From the UHGV virus genome UHGV-2025275: a stretch of DNA of 64,000 bases; one strand, 5' to 3'. Shown piece by piece: positions 10,901 to 19,275 of the stretch (position 1 is the stretch's first letter; each line of letters opens with the position of its first letter). The stretch is from a virus. The notes under the pieces were generated by a model. That model had not been told where the DNA came from. It saw only the letters and a list, made by a program, of their open reading frames with translations, and did not search any database. Both the position numbers and the translations under genes were made by a program.

Positions 10901-13900
10901 GGATACTGGATATCCCAAGCAGTTGCACCCTGCAGGAAATCGTAGTTCGGGATCAGGTTGTCACCGGCGTTTCTGGCAGCGGTCAGGGTATTATTCAGGT
11001 TCGTGATGCTGTTACCCTGGCTGGAAATCGTATCCCCCTGCTTGGAGACCGTATTTTGCAGCGTAGACAGCGCCTGTGCATCTGCCTTATTCGCCAGATT
11101 AGCGTTGGTCTGTTCGAGGCTGTTTCGCAGATCAGTAACGCTCTGCGAGGTGCTCGTGACGCGATCACCTACGGTGCTGACGTTTGAGGTGACGGCGCTA
11201 ATGGCATTCGAAAGCGCGTTCATCCCAAGAGCAGAATTCAGCTGGGCTACTTTCTCGGACAGTTTAAAACCGAGGTTAATGTAAGCCTGACCAGTCCATT
11301 GGTTCACCAGGAACTCAACCGTGCTCCAGCCAGCTTTCAGATCAAAGCTAACCGTATTCCAGCTCGCATTACCAAAGGCAGCCCTAACACCGTTCACGTA
11401 CACGGCGCCCGTATCATCAAAAACACGAGCCCCTGGTGCCATAGTGATGGTGGTATCAGCATTGACCTTCACGAAGGCTTTGTAATGCGCGATCACGTAA
11501 CTGCCGGCGCTCGCAAAGTCCAGTTTTGCAGCGTCAGGAACCTCCTCGATCGAGGTTGGCGCCTTACCGTTGATATCGCTAAAGGTCGGCTCAATAGTGC
11601 TGTTTGCCAGTTGTACGTTGTATACGCTACGCACCCACATGTTCTGGCGGCCGTTAACTATCTGGTTTGACAGCGAAGTGATGCTGTTGGAGTTAGACGT
11701 AATGTCTTTTCCCTGCTGGGTCACGGTACTGTTGAGGGTTGATAACGCATTGGACGTCGCATCAATCGCCTTCTCATTGCTCACGTCAACGCAGAAGACG
11801 TCATCGAGATACATATAGCCGGAAGCGACACTTGCGCGCAGAGACACAACCACGCTCGCGGTTTTGGCTGGCGTATACTCGCCGCTAATAAGCGCCCAGT
11901 TAGTCGACAGCCCGGCGCCAGTGATCGGGATATCCTTTATCGGCGTCAGATCTGCGTTTCGAAGGCTAATTTTGTTGTTGCCGGCATTATTGATCGCGAA
12001 GTCAGCGGATTTGCGAACCCATGCGCCGATACGATAAGTCTTGCCGGCCTGCAGCTCGACCGTTTGGTTGCAGCCCGAGTCACCGCCAGAGGCCAGTTTG
12101 CCCGCCTGGATGATGTATTTACCCGATTTGGGGTTCTGGGCCTCCAACAGAGTCCAGCCGACATACTCCCAACCTTCGAAACCACGTTCAAAAGAGTTGT
12201 TTTTGAGCATGTTGCCGATGATCGCTTTCGAGGCATCCGCATCAGCATTGGCGTTATCCAGCGAGTTTGACAGGCTGGTGATGCTCTGGGACTGGCTGGA
12301 GATCTGATTTTCGGCAGCAGTTACGCGGTTTGTCAGATTAGTCACAGCTGAGGCGTCAGCTTTGTTCTTGATGCTGTTCTGCATCGAAGTGATCTGCTGC
12401 CCCTGGCTGGTGATGGTGCCCTCAACAGACGATACCCGAGAGGTCAAAGCATTGGTGGCACTGGCGTTCGCCTCAATCGCCAGAGCATCAGTGACGTCAA
12501 CAAAACCAACATCATCGAAGTACTGAGAACCGGTTTTGAGAGAAGACATGATCGATACGTCAACTTTACCGGTCAGCGTCGCCTTCCAGGTATCAGAGAC
12601 CTCCTTCCATGTTTCATCTTTGGGCAGATTCTCCGGACGGATCGGAATCTCTTTGAGCAACGTGGCCGCGCCAATACGCAGTTTGTTGTTGCCAGGGCTG
12701 CTGATCACCGCATCAGTGGTACACCGCACAAAAGAGGACAGCTTGTATGTCCGCCCTTCGACGACGCTTACAGATTGCGTGATTTGCACCGTGCCGGCGG
12801 CGCAAACAAGAATTTTGCTACCAGAATGGGGCGCACTCGCCTTGATAACACTGGATACGCTGTTCCCTGCAGACCACCCTGCCAGGTCACGCTCAAAGGA
12901 GGCGTTAACCAGCAAATTGCTCGGGTTGCTTTTGGCAGTATCGGTATCGCTCTGGATATCGCTCAGCGAGTTATTCAGGGTGGTGATGCTTTCACTCTGG
13001 CTGCTAAGGGTTTTATCCTGCTGGGTTACGGTCGACTGCAGACCCGTGATCGCCTTGCTATTCGCAGATACACCAGACTCAACACTTCCTACGCGATTGT
13101 CCAGCGTAGACAATGCCGCACCTTGTGATTTAAGGGTGTTGCCCTGCTCTTCAACCTTCTGGGAAATTGTCTGTACTGCACTGGCATCGGCCTTCTGGCC
13201 AAGGCTTGTTTGCAACCCGGTAATCTTGCTTGCCTGGGAAGCTTGTTCAGTGGACAGCGTATGCAGCTCTTCTGCAACAGAGGCTTTGTTTCTGTTGAAT
13301 TCAGTCTGCAGGGATTCACGCGCACTCGCTTCCGCAGCATCGGCAGTGATACGAGCATTTTTCTCCTGATAGATCAGACCGGAGCGAATGTCGTCCAGAT
13401 TTCCGCTTTCAGATGAACCGCGGATTTGTGCAGCCAATGTGCTGCGCGCCTGCGCTTCGGCGGTATCTGCATTCGCACGAGCCTGCTGCTCTTCCTGTAA
13501 CGCGGCCATGCCTGCGCCCGGCGTCGGTCGACCAACGGCGATCCAGTCGAATAACAGGTAATTGTCCGCATCCTGACCCGAAGTGAAATCGAAGCGGAAA
13601 CGACGAATCGTTGTCGAATCCCGCCACTCAATGTCGTGCAGGGTCAGAATCGCAATACCCTTGTCGTCGTATTCCGGCTCATTGATAACCACGGAGCGAC
13701 CAGCATTCCAGCCAGTTTCATCAGCGCCGATCCAGAACATTCTGGCGTTCCAGGTTGGGTTGCCAACCTTTTTAACGCGCATCTTAATGAAACGATAAGC
13801 ATGGGCATCGATCGTCAATCCGTTAGGGGAACGACAGGTTGAGGTCGGATTGTTCGCTTTCAGCCAGCCATCGCTGGTGACGCTCATTGGCGTGTAGCCA

Positions 13901-16900
13901 TTATCATCTTCCGTCCAGCCTTCGGCGTCCTGGTCGAAATACCAGATTTTCAGAGAGTCAAACTGTTCCCCTGTGCCAGCGGCAATCTGCGAGATCTGTC
14001 GCGCGAGGTTTTCGTCACCGGAGGTCACAACCTCAGACAAGCTATCGATAGAGGTTTTCAGCTCATTCTTCGCGCTCAGCAGTTGGTCGGCCGCTTGCTT
14101 GGCTGCATCATTAACATCTGCAATACGGTCATTCGTCTCTTTCTGAATGGCCGCAGTCAGATCTTTGCTGGTCTGGGACAGCGACGTTGTCAGTGATGAC
14201 TGCGCATTCTTAATCTCCTGCGACAGAGCAGCGTCGCCGTCTTTAATCGACTGTTTTGCAGCTTCAATTTGGCTGTTTACGTTGGAGATGTTGGTATTGA
14301 TCGTCTGGTTGACCGTATCGATATTGTCGACAATTGTCTGATTGACGGTATCAATGTCCTCTTTCAGCGACTGATTGACAGAGTCAACCTGCGCCTTAAT
14401 TTCGGAGGAGGTTTGCGCAAGGTCGTTTTCAACTTGCTGAATAGACTCGTTGACTGAGTTCTGAACCTCGCCAATGGCGTTGTCTACCGCCTCCTGAGTG
14501 GCTTTGCTGTCGATTTCGTCGAGCAGCTCTTTGCCGAGTTCAGAAGATGTGATCTTGTCTTTCAGGAAAGACAATACGTCGCGAGTGGTGGCCTCTGTAC
14601 CGAGGTTCGAGTTCGGCTGGCCTACCATCCCACGTTTGTTTACCGCACGAATCCAGTAATACCAGGTCTCGTTGTCACCCAGCCCAGCGTGAGTGAAAGT
14701 CGTTGTGGCGGCCTGAGCAATGAGTGTCGCGGTGTCCAGCTTATTTGTTTTGGACGCATACACGTTGATCTGCGCGAGGTCGACTGAATCAGGGTTAACC
14801 CAATTCAATACCACGTTACGATAATCCCCCACCGCGGTCAGTGATGTGGGCGCCCCTGGCGGCGTCATCGTGCCTTTTACCTGATAGACAGCAGTAATAA
14901 TCTCGGATTTTTTGCCGCCGAAGGAAACGGAATACAGCTGGAAGTCATATCGCCCATTTTCGGCAACATTGACGATTTCATATTGTTCTTCCGTGGCGCG
15001 GGCAGATTGCCAGTTGGAGACGTTGCCCTCGTCGGAGCGGCGCCAGCTGACCCAGTATTCTGGTGATTTACCTTCCCAGGCAAGCATCAGCTTCACGGAC
15101 AAGTTGCCCGGACTGGACAGATAGGTGCCTTCTGAGATGACCAGATTGCTCGGTTTGGAATATGTGGGATCAAGAACCGTCGTATTTTCTGGAACGAGCG
15201 CGGCCCCGTTATCAATCGCCTGGTACTTAGATGCATTGTTCTGCACCACCGTGATATCAAACGACCCCGGGGTTTCACCTTGCGCGATAGCGACAACGCG
15301 CGCCCGCATTGGAACCAGGTCTGGTTCGGTGATCGTCCAGACGCCATTCGCTACTGGTTGATCGGCTGTGGCCAACGCCGTCTTGAAGGTAACTTTAGTG
15401 ATGTTGTCGCCGGTCTCGTTGATGTCTCGCTCAACGATTTTGCCTTCCTGATTGATGATACGGATGAAGCTACCGCTCTTTTTCAGAGAGACAGGTGCAT
15501 CGAGGGTGATGCTGTTTTTGGTGAAAGAGACAATGCGACCGGAATTGCGTTTGCCGGCACGATATTTGTTCTGGATCAGAACGGTTTCGCCCGGCATCAG
15601 GAACGAGGCGTCTAGGCCCGCGGTAAAGGTGATCATGTCTGACTCCATACGCGCGGTATAGAGCAGCCACAAACCTACACGATGAGCCTGACCACGGCTG
15701 GTGCATCCGAACGCAACGGCCTCGGTCTTGCGCTCCCCGTATCGGGCCATCGCTTCCTGATCTTCAACATACTCAACGTTCTGCTTATAGCCGTCTTGTT
15801 TGTTGTTATAAGTGATCAGCGCTACGGACGGCCGGTCTTTTCGAGCAGAGCCTTTATAGGTAAACAGGCCATCTTTTACGTTTGCGTTGGTAAACAGCAT
15901 GACAGGATCAGACGGGCTGTCCTGCATGATATTCACCATGCCACCAGCCCAGAAAACCATGCCACGGAAAGCACCGGCAATATCCTGAATCAGACGATAA
16001 GCGTCCTGACGACTGGTGATCTGGGTGTTGATTGCAAAGCGTTTTTCTTTGCCGCCAAAGCCATCATCAACCTCTTCGTCGCAGTAGCGACCGATCTGAT
16101 AAAGCTGGCCAAGGTCAATCATTGACTCCGAAACAAATTTGCCGAGGCCATAACGAGCATTGGTCAGCAGATCGAACAGAATCCAGGCAGGGTTGGAAGA
16201 CGACAGAAGTTTAAAGGTTCCATCCCAAACGCCGTTATAAGTGTTCGTGTTTTCATCATAATTCGAAGGCACACGGATTTTGAGGCCACGGATAAGATAC
16301 GAACGTGACGGCATAGAGCTACCAAACTGCTCAGAGTTAACCTTAAGGCCAACCAGAACGGAGTTCGGGTAGTTCATTGGGGTGTCAACGATCTCACCGA
16401 TAGAGTCGACCCAGGTATCGTTAAAGAGATACTGATCGTTGCTGTCGGCGGAGAGACGAAGCACGCGCACTTTATAGGCACGCCCAGGCTTTGGAAGCTG
16501 GATTTCGTAACTGCGGTAGTAGACACCAGTCTTTTTCGCAGTCAGCGTCACGTCAGAGCTGCTCTCACCTGCAGCAATCACGTCATAGAAAGAGCCATTG
16601 CCGTTGGCCAGCTGGAACTTAAACTGGACCGAAGTACCGTTTGTGTCCCCTGTTTTCTTGTCAATGTTCCGCAGCGACGGGAACTTCATGATCACTCGGA
16701 CACGATCAGCGTCGTCGTTATCGATGGCGACCGTAACCGCATTTGTGGTTTTCAGCTGTGTGTTAACGGCCTTTGGCGTTTCGACAAAATCGAAACCAGG
16801 CATCGGGCTTTGGTCTTGCGAACCATCCCGGAAATCCCAAGTTACACCGGAACGGTTGAATGAACCGTCTTCGTTCTGTAGCGCCACACCATCGACGAAG

Positions 16901-17091
16901 ATAGATTTAGCACCGTCAATCAACCCACCAACAACACCTTCCCCGAGCAGATCGAGGATAGACGCCATGGTGCGAGAATTAACGGTATCATCCGCTTCAA
17001 CTGGTGTACGGCTTGAGCCTGAGCTCTTTTTGCCGCCCGCTCCCGCAATCAGGAGGGGCAATCTCTTTTTCTTGAACTGATCCATGTTCAA
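4912..17091 (-). CDS. J: Giant central tail fiber / host-specificity protein, lambda gpJ homolog, 4059 aa
   Basis: Roughly the first 1000 aa and last 270 aa align convincingly to lambda J from memory (e.g. SVLVGLKVNSEQFGS, YNGVWDGTFK, CTSRGQAHRVGLWLL, and the C-terminal ANKIVGDVV... block). The middle roughly 2700 aa consists of about 9 tandem modules of a coiled-coil stalk (TLxSTVTQQGDxITSQGNSITxLxNxL) plus a roughly 150-aa beta-sandwich domain with N-x-x-F-E-x-G-W ... YxDDVxVxDVTD signatures. Confidence 0.9.
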   Translation of the reverse strand: MNMDQFKKKRLPLLIAGAGGKKSSGSSRTPVEADDTVNSRTMASILDLLGEGVVGGLIDGAKSIFVDGVALQNEDGSFNRSGVTWDFRDGSQDQSPMPGFDFVETPKAVNTQLKTTNAVTVAIDNDDADRVRVIMKFPSLRNIDKKTGDTNGTSVQFKFQLANGNGSFYDVIAAGESSSDVTLTAKKTGVYYRSYEIQLPKPGRAYKVRVLRLSADSNDQYLFNDTWVDSIGEIVDTPMNYPNSVLVGLKVNSEQFGSSMPSRSYLIRGLKIRVPSNYDENTNTYNGVWDGTFKLLSSSNPAWILFDLLTNARYGLGKFVSESMIDLGQLYQIGRYCDEEVDDGFGGKEKRFAINTQITSRQDAYRLIQDIAGAFRGMVFWAGGMVNIMQDSPSDPVMLFTNANVKDGLFTYKGSARKDRPSVALITYNNKQDGYKQNVEYVEDQEAMARYGERKTEAVAFGCTSRGQAHRVGLWLLYTARMESDMITFTAGLDASFLMPGETVLIQNKYRAGKRNSGRIVSFTKNSITLDAPVSLKKSGSFIRIINQEGKIVERDINETGDNITKVTFKTALATADQPVANGVWTITEPDLVPMRARVVAIAQGETPGSFDITVVQNNASKYQAIDNGAALVPENTTVLDPTYSKPSNLVISEGTYLSSPGNLSVKLMLAWEGKSPEYWVSWRRSDEGNVSNWQSARATEEQYEIVNVAENGRYDFQLYSVSFGGKKSEIITAVYQVKGTMTPPGAPTSLTAVGDYRNVVLNWVNPDSVDLAQINVYASKTNKLDTATLIAQAATTTFTHAGLGDNETWYYWIRAVNKRGMVGQPNSNLGTEATTRDVLSFLKDKITSSELGKELLDEIDSKATQEAVDNAIGEVQNSVNESIQQVENDLAQTSSEIKAQVDSVNQSLKEDIDTVNQTIVDNIDTVNQTINTNISNVNSQIEAAKQSIKDGDAALSQEIKNAQSSLTTSLSQTSKDLTAAIQKETNDRIADVNDAAKQAADQLLSAKNELKTSIDSLSEVVTSGDENLARQISQIAAGTGEQFDSLKIWYFDQDAEGWTEDDNGYTPMSVTSDGWLKANNPTSTCRSPNGLTIDAHAYRFIKMRVKKVGNPTWNARMFWIGADETGWNAGRSVVINEPEYDDKGIAILTLHDIEWRDSTTIRRFRFDFTSGQDADNYLLFDWIAVGRPTPGAGMAALQEEQQARANADTAEAQARSTLAAQIRGSSESGNLDDIRSGLIYQEKNARITADAAEASARESLQTEFNRNKASVAEELHTLSTEQASQASKITGLQTSLGQKADASAVQTISQKVEEQGNTLKSQGAALSTLDNRVGSVESGVSANSKAITGLQSTVTQQDKTLSSQSESITTLNNSLSDIQSDTDTAKSNPSNLLVNASFERDLAGWSAGNSVSSVIKASAPHSGSKILVCAAGTVQITQSVSVVEGRTYKLSSFVRCTTDAVISSPGNNKLRIGAATLLKEIPIRPENLPKDETWKEVSDTWKATLTGKVDVSIMSSLKTGSQYFDDVGFVDVTDALAIEANASATNALTSRVSSVEGTITSQGQQITSMQNSIKNKADASAVTNLTNRVTAAENQISSQSQSITSLSNSLDNANADADASKAIIGNMLKNNSFERGFEGWEYVGWTLLEAQNPKSGKYIIQAGKLASGGDSGCNQTVELQAGKTYRIGAWVRKSADFAINNAGNNKISLRNADLTPIKDIPITGAGLSTNWALISGEYTPAKTASVVVSLRASVASGYMYLDDVFCVDVSNEKAIDATSNALSTLNSTVTQQGKDITSNSNSITSLSNQIVNGRQNMWVRSVYNVQLANSTIEPTFSDINGKAPTSIEEVPDAAKLDFASAGSYVIAHYKAFVKVNADTTITMAPGARVFDDTGAVYVNGVRAAFGNASWNTVSFDLKAGWSTVEFLVNQWTGQAYINLGFKLSEKVAQLNSALGMNALSNAISAVTSNVSTVGDRVTSTSQSVTDLRNSLEQTNANLANKADAQALSTLQNTVSKQGDTISSQGNSITNLNNTLTAARNAGDNLIPNYDFLQGATAWDIQYPAGVAFGNFGDGKAGVKLNRTTTTSPGIFSNNNKPLPLNGQRKYRVVVKAKGVSGAMNMLIRRQNKIGQTDSNYEDKNVTLTSEWQTITWETGLTASNADGQNFKLYAHPANAEIWVDTFKVFDITDEVKIKANSDALSTLSSTVTQQGDKITSQGNSITKLTNDLEVADANIAKKADQSAVTTLTGRVEKTESGLTAANSNITSLSSSLNQQSKRGANLLPDGTFESYAVGHNLSNNRVIVTTDDSHGGSKCIRVTRPNDYNANATDNSDNHIFSGFQVRDNAVFYMECWVKLDAKSTAMAENAQISIGLSLQYQDNSWQWPAVTKAAKDLSTAQWTKVSGYLKSTKSGIKQAMVRISIPNVSSVKAGNSFLIDDLVITEVTDAYNAQSTADANANAISTLDSTVSQQGDQITSQGNSITKLTNDLATTNNNVSKKADQSALSVLSGRVDQTESGLSSANSSITALNSSVRAGNATSGDLISNPTFDPEFSQMGFTVVSSSSEGVPANCPYAYVARIAARDHHPNFAAIPATLGDVYEMSALVACGTGSADFNLYLGTATRPSGSVGAPLSSGGNRKASATWQRVTWRFKINQGIVDRGFFRPFLQINQSSPFGTVWYVTDWHLRNVTDSSKVQDSLDATAKAVDSLTSTVNQQGENISSIGTRTTNLENNLRTTNANVAQKADANALTALTNRVTQTEKDINSTSSSVTNLNNKVDAISVGGTNLIKNSGDMTGWLNVTSDTYRGNAVIGATVKAGSGYRDLREITLESPVDAGEYVYSFYAKGGVAGQIMTAFFYNPNTTTSIETSQGAKGNNSDGRAQFTLTTSWARYWVKWKQTPTTGTKRLILCRIESNTSKDQTVYINSPKFEVGNVVSDWNDSPADSASASAVDLLTTTVNQQGTSISSIGNRTTSLENGLSTAQNNIAKKADASALQDLRNTVTSQGDDLTAANSSITSLQASMNRRTVFTVTARGNGNSVTHGVFDESGKNLFTPGRSWALVTFAKHSDGSTVIATSKTYDVFGSANNGATMSADIEALASGTYVCVLTFDEPTGNRGKVLSALESLGGTSEVVNSLPYRGAYILLGRKGMKPGDGLELRAPTGGDGTAHISTSVEFVNGVMMGLGAAGGVMMKADANASAITTLQNTVKTQGDNIDSLSSSTTALENSLASSNASVDAASQIPGNLIVNPSFERGTEGYTGWSGIATVATLQVPHLGTKAAKLAAGGSAGVGQKISFKKDRSYKIGIWAKQDPNTTIQSTDNTKFRVADGNGLIASKAYGPFTSNWQEVSWTWKATKDVLADVQFTAFLSAGAMYFDDFYVVDVTDSVETQANSSAITKLDSRVTKTENDITSQGSQVTQLKNDLATTNTNVSKKADAAALTALTNRVTQNEKEIETQSSQTTSFKNSLSTVQAMGSNPWFDGSLETYSENQQISGSRAVVVSSQKRSGTKSLRVSRGAGEGGNSDKTIGKWIALRENAVFRIELWAMMPADQSPSSGWSTLVGLQTQNAANNNNWPTAITINEAALGARGAWKKFTGTLRVAAGHTRGAFWVSTRGTTGTGTPGYDLYIDDVVVTDITDAKEAKDSANANASALTSLTSRVTNVEGQVTSQASQLSSLTSQVNDASSKVDQMAQTITNNEKTQSSLNTSLQSQIDAQASANIKNQTELNNATTSMAAIKSTQQTQATTISALSQQQTNLTAQVGGQSAELQELKKTVVENGNVNSTWMVKMETNSNGKKYAAGIALGIDGKNLQSQFLVQADRFGLINTSNGNTTTPFVVENGVAYMNAAVIKDGSITNAKIAQEISSDSRESDGYPTWFINKDGRSRFSNVYIRGEVHANTGVLNNVTINENCTVLGTVQANKIVGDVVTMTDRVVKNWPSTADTSSGTRYPIATVQGMPFERRMVFNGSIIIQQVWRQNVTIRVDETVVWTFDSGNEGKNFETSIFSIRIPASNYGQTQNITIQWPNRGDSGQFRFTGVISMYRTTGSISLA

Positions 17092-17101
17092 AAAACTTCC
17101 C

Positions 17102-17713
17102 TTACAGTTGGTCTATGGTGATTGAAGAACTCACAATCTGTGAGCCAACTAAAATTTCCTCGCCGTAATTAAGCTGAACCGGGTTTCCCTGGTTGCTGGT
17201 GTTTTGAGGCCCATCGAAGTAAAACGAATCCGTGTTATCCGCCTGTCTGACAGACGCATTTGATGCCTGCGGCGAAATCAGCATGGACACACCGCCCATC
17301 ATCAATGACATCCCTCCCATCACCAGCGCGGAAGACGCACCAAAAGTCAGCCCTGAGGCCAGAGCGCCGACAGCGATCATCGCGGCGCCCACGAAAGTAT
17401 GGAACCACCCAAACGCCTTACCACCGCTGCCACGTGGTACGGGAGTAATGCGGATTTTTGCGATATTTTCCGACTCGCCCATCATCTGGTATTCGGTGTC
17501 GTCCATTGACCACTTGTGGCCCTGCTTATTTGTGACCTGGATGTGGTACTTATCGAAGTGGTTACGGTTACGCTTAATCCAGGCTTTAAAGCCCGGGCGA
17601 TTCGCCTCAATCAAATCGATGGCTTGTTTGGTGTTGCGCACCTTCAATTTCCAGTGGCGGCCAAAGTTCTTTGCCATCGCACCGCCGAGCTGAACATGAA
17701 CTAATTCAGACAC
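17102..17713 (-). CDS. I: Tail assembly protein I (lambda gpI-like)
   Basis: 203 aa located between K and J. Shows the lambda gpI-like layout of a ubiquitin-like N-terminal region followed by a C-terminal glycine-rich hydrophobic segment (GAAMIAVGALASGLTF). Confidence 0.7.
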   Translation of the reverse strand: MSELVHVQLGGAMAKNFGRHWKLKVRNTKQAIDLIEANRPGFKAWIKRNRNHFDKYHIQVTNKQGHKWSMDDTEYQMMGESENIAKIRITPVPRGSGGKAFGWFHTFVGAAMIAVGALASGLTFGASSALVMGGMSLMMGGVSMLISPQASNASVRQADNTDSFYFDGPQNTSNQGNPVQLNYGEEILVGSQIVSSSITIDQL

Positions 17714-18498
17714 GTCTCGTCTCCCTTGAGTAAATCCCTGTGACGCAGGTGATGCGTCGTGTGCTTCTGATACATCCCACCGTAATAAGCCCGACAGCTG
17801 AGACGGTCGATCTGGTGATGCATGATCATGCCGTCGCCGATGTATACCGCGCAGTGATCTGGCATTTTCCCGTACTGGATGAAGAAGATGTCGCCGCGCT
17901 GGGGTTCCGTCCCCGGCGCCATGCGGACAAGTCCTTCATTTCGATAGTTCTGGTCGAGGATGTCGTTGTCCCCCGTGTACCAGGAAGGAATATGCAGGTG
18001 GGGGTTTGCATTCAGCTCAACGTCAAATTCACGCTTTAGGTAATCGCGGCACAGCATCCAGCAATCAAACACACCGAATACGTATGGGCGCCCCAGGTAG
18101 GGCATCTCAAAACCACACGGATAAATGACGTTCATTTCGCTAAAGTGGAATGGCATATCGCTTTCCACATTTTTGCGAATTGCCAGAATCATCCACGGTA
18201 ATTCCGTCGCCTCGCACCCGGAGCGATCCGGGTCTGACGCCTCTGCGCTGCGCTCAACGTGAGAGTGCCAAATGGCGATCACTTCCCCAGCATCTTCGGC
18301 CGCAATAATGTCACTGGCACGCATGACAAAATCCTCACGTGGCGTTTCAGAGACATTCATCGCTTCCATAAAGCGATATTTCTCACCCTGTGTGCGCACC
18401 AGAAAGCCACACGCTTCATTCGGGTAACGTTGGATAGCGCAGCGATAGATATCCTGCATGACTTCTGAGCCCAGCTCAGGTAACGTCTGGTTACTCAT
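17701..18498 (-). CDS. K: Tail tip protein K (MPN/JAB plus NlpC/P60 domains, lambda gpK-like)
   Basis: Start taken at MSNQTLPELG..., overlapping the L stop by 8 nt. NEACGFLVRTQGEKYRF and GVFDCWMLCRDY align to lambda K's ESCGFVVSTPEGERYF and GVTDCYTLFRDAY. The longer track ORF (to 18654) begins inside L. Confidence 0.8.
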   Translation of the reverse strand: MSNQTLPELGSEVMQDIYRCAIQRYPNEACGFLVRTQGEKYRFMEAMNVSETPREDFVMRASDIIAAEDAGEVIAIWHSHVERSAEASDPDRSGCEATELPWMILAIRKNVESDMPFHFSEMNVIYPCGFEMPYLGRPYVFGVFDCWMLCRDYLKREFDVELNANPHLHIPSWYTGDNDILDQNYRNEGLVRMAPGTEPQRGDIFFIQYGKMPDHCAVYIGDGMIMHHQIDRLSCRAYYGGMYQKHTTHHLRHRDLLKGDETCLN

Positions 18499-19192
18499 AT
18501 CGTGTCGCCCCAATAAATCCGCCAAAATGAATAACGCCATTCGCGAAGTAGTTGCGACGAGCATTACAGGCGTCGTAACGCTTGGTGCAGTAGTCGGCGC
18601 CGGCCAAAGAGGTTTGCTGGTTGTTTTTGTCGAAATATGGGCCGGTGTAGCCACACTCTGTTCCGCGATATTTCCACGGGCAGCTGTTTTTGATGATCTG
18701 ACGATACGGCAGTTGAACGCCCATCAGATCTAAGACGCTGGACAGCTCGAATTCGACATACTGGTGCGTCTCCAGGGTCTTCTGTTCGACGAACCACATT
18801 TCATCAGCAAAATGCTGACTTGGGTCTGCGGTCGGGTTTCCATCCGGAAAGTTCACCGCGTCCAGAAAACGTGCCAGCGTCATCTTGCGAATGATTTTGC
18901 AGCCAATCAGATCGTCATTGGCCTGCAGCTCGGCAGAAATTACACCGTCGTAGTTGGAAACCTGAATCTTTGGACGAGGAAGTGTTCCCTGACCGCTTTT
19001 ATCAAAGCCAGACGCTTTAATTGGCCACGGCTCATAGGAAACTCCCTGCCAGACAATTGGCTGGCTAAGCCCGTTGGTGCCGGCATGGAAATACAACTTG
19101 CCGCCGGAGGTTGTCACCGACATATCCAGCTCGAACAACTCAATGAGCGCAGAAGGCGATAAACTCTGAATATCAGCTCTAATACCCATCAC
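18491..19192 (-). CDS. L: Minor tail protein L (lambda gpL-like)
   Basis: 233 aa; VWQGVSYEPWPIKASGF, ARFLDAVNF and CPWKYRGTECGY match lambda L, including the cysteine cluster. Confidence 0.85.
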   Translation of the reverse strand: MMGIRADIQSLSPSALIELFELDMSVTTSGGKLYFHAGTNGLSQPIVWQGVSYEPWPIKASGFDKSGQGTLPRPKIQVSNYDGVISAELQANDDLIGCKIIRKMTLARFLDAVNFPDGNPTADPSQHFADEMWFVEQKTLETHQYVEFELSSVLDLMGVQLPYRQIIKNSCPWKYRGTECGYTGPYFDKNNQQTSLAGADYCTKRYDACNARRNYFANGVIHFGGFIGATRYE

Positions 19193-19210
19193 TTCATCCT
19201 TGAAAAACTC

Positions 19211-19231
19211 AACGTCACATCCTGTGACGTT
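19211..19231. repeat. Perfect inverted repeat AACGTCACA tcc TGTGACGTT in the M-L intergenic region
   Basis: Read directly: 9-bp arms with a 3-bp spacer. It is adjacent to palindrome-family copy 19244-19265. Confidence 0.7.
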
Positions 19232-19243
19232 GATATATGATAC

Positions 19244-19265
19244 TAGATAAGTAATTACTTATCTA
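19244..19265. repeat. Dispersed palindrome family copy (TAGATAAGTAATTACTTATCTA), a perfect 22-bp palindrome
   Basis: Read directly. Confidence 0.85.
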
Positions 19266-19275
19266 TAGTCGCAAG

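Noticed and set aside
10204-11187. 327-aa + strand ORF, and other long + ORFs inside 4912-17091 (e.g. 12536-13369, 1157-1348)
   Set aside because: They are antisense to the J gene, whose frame has clear lambda-J homology. Their proteins are low-complexity, Arg/Leu-rich and typical of shadow frames.
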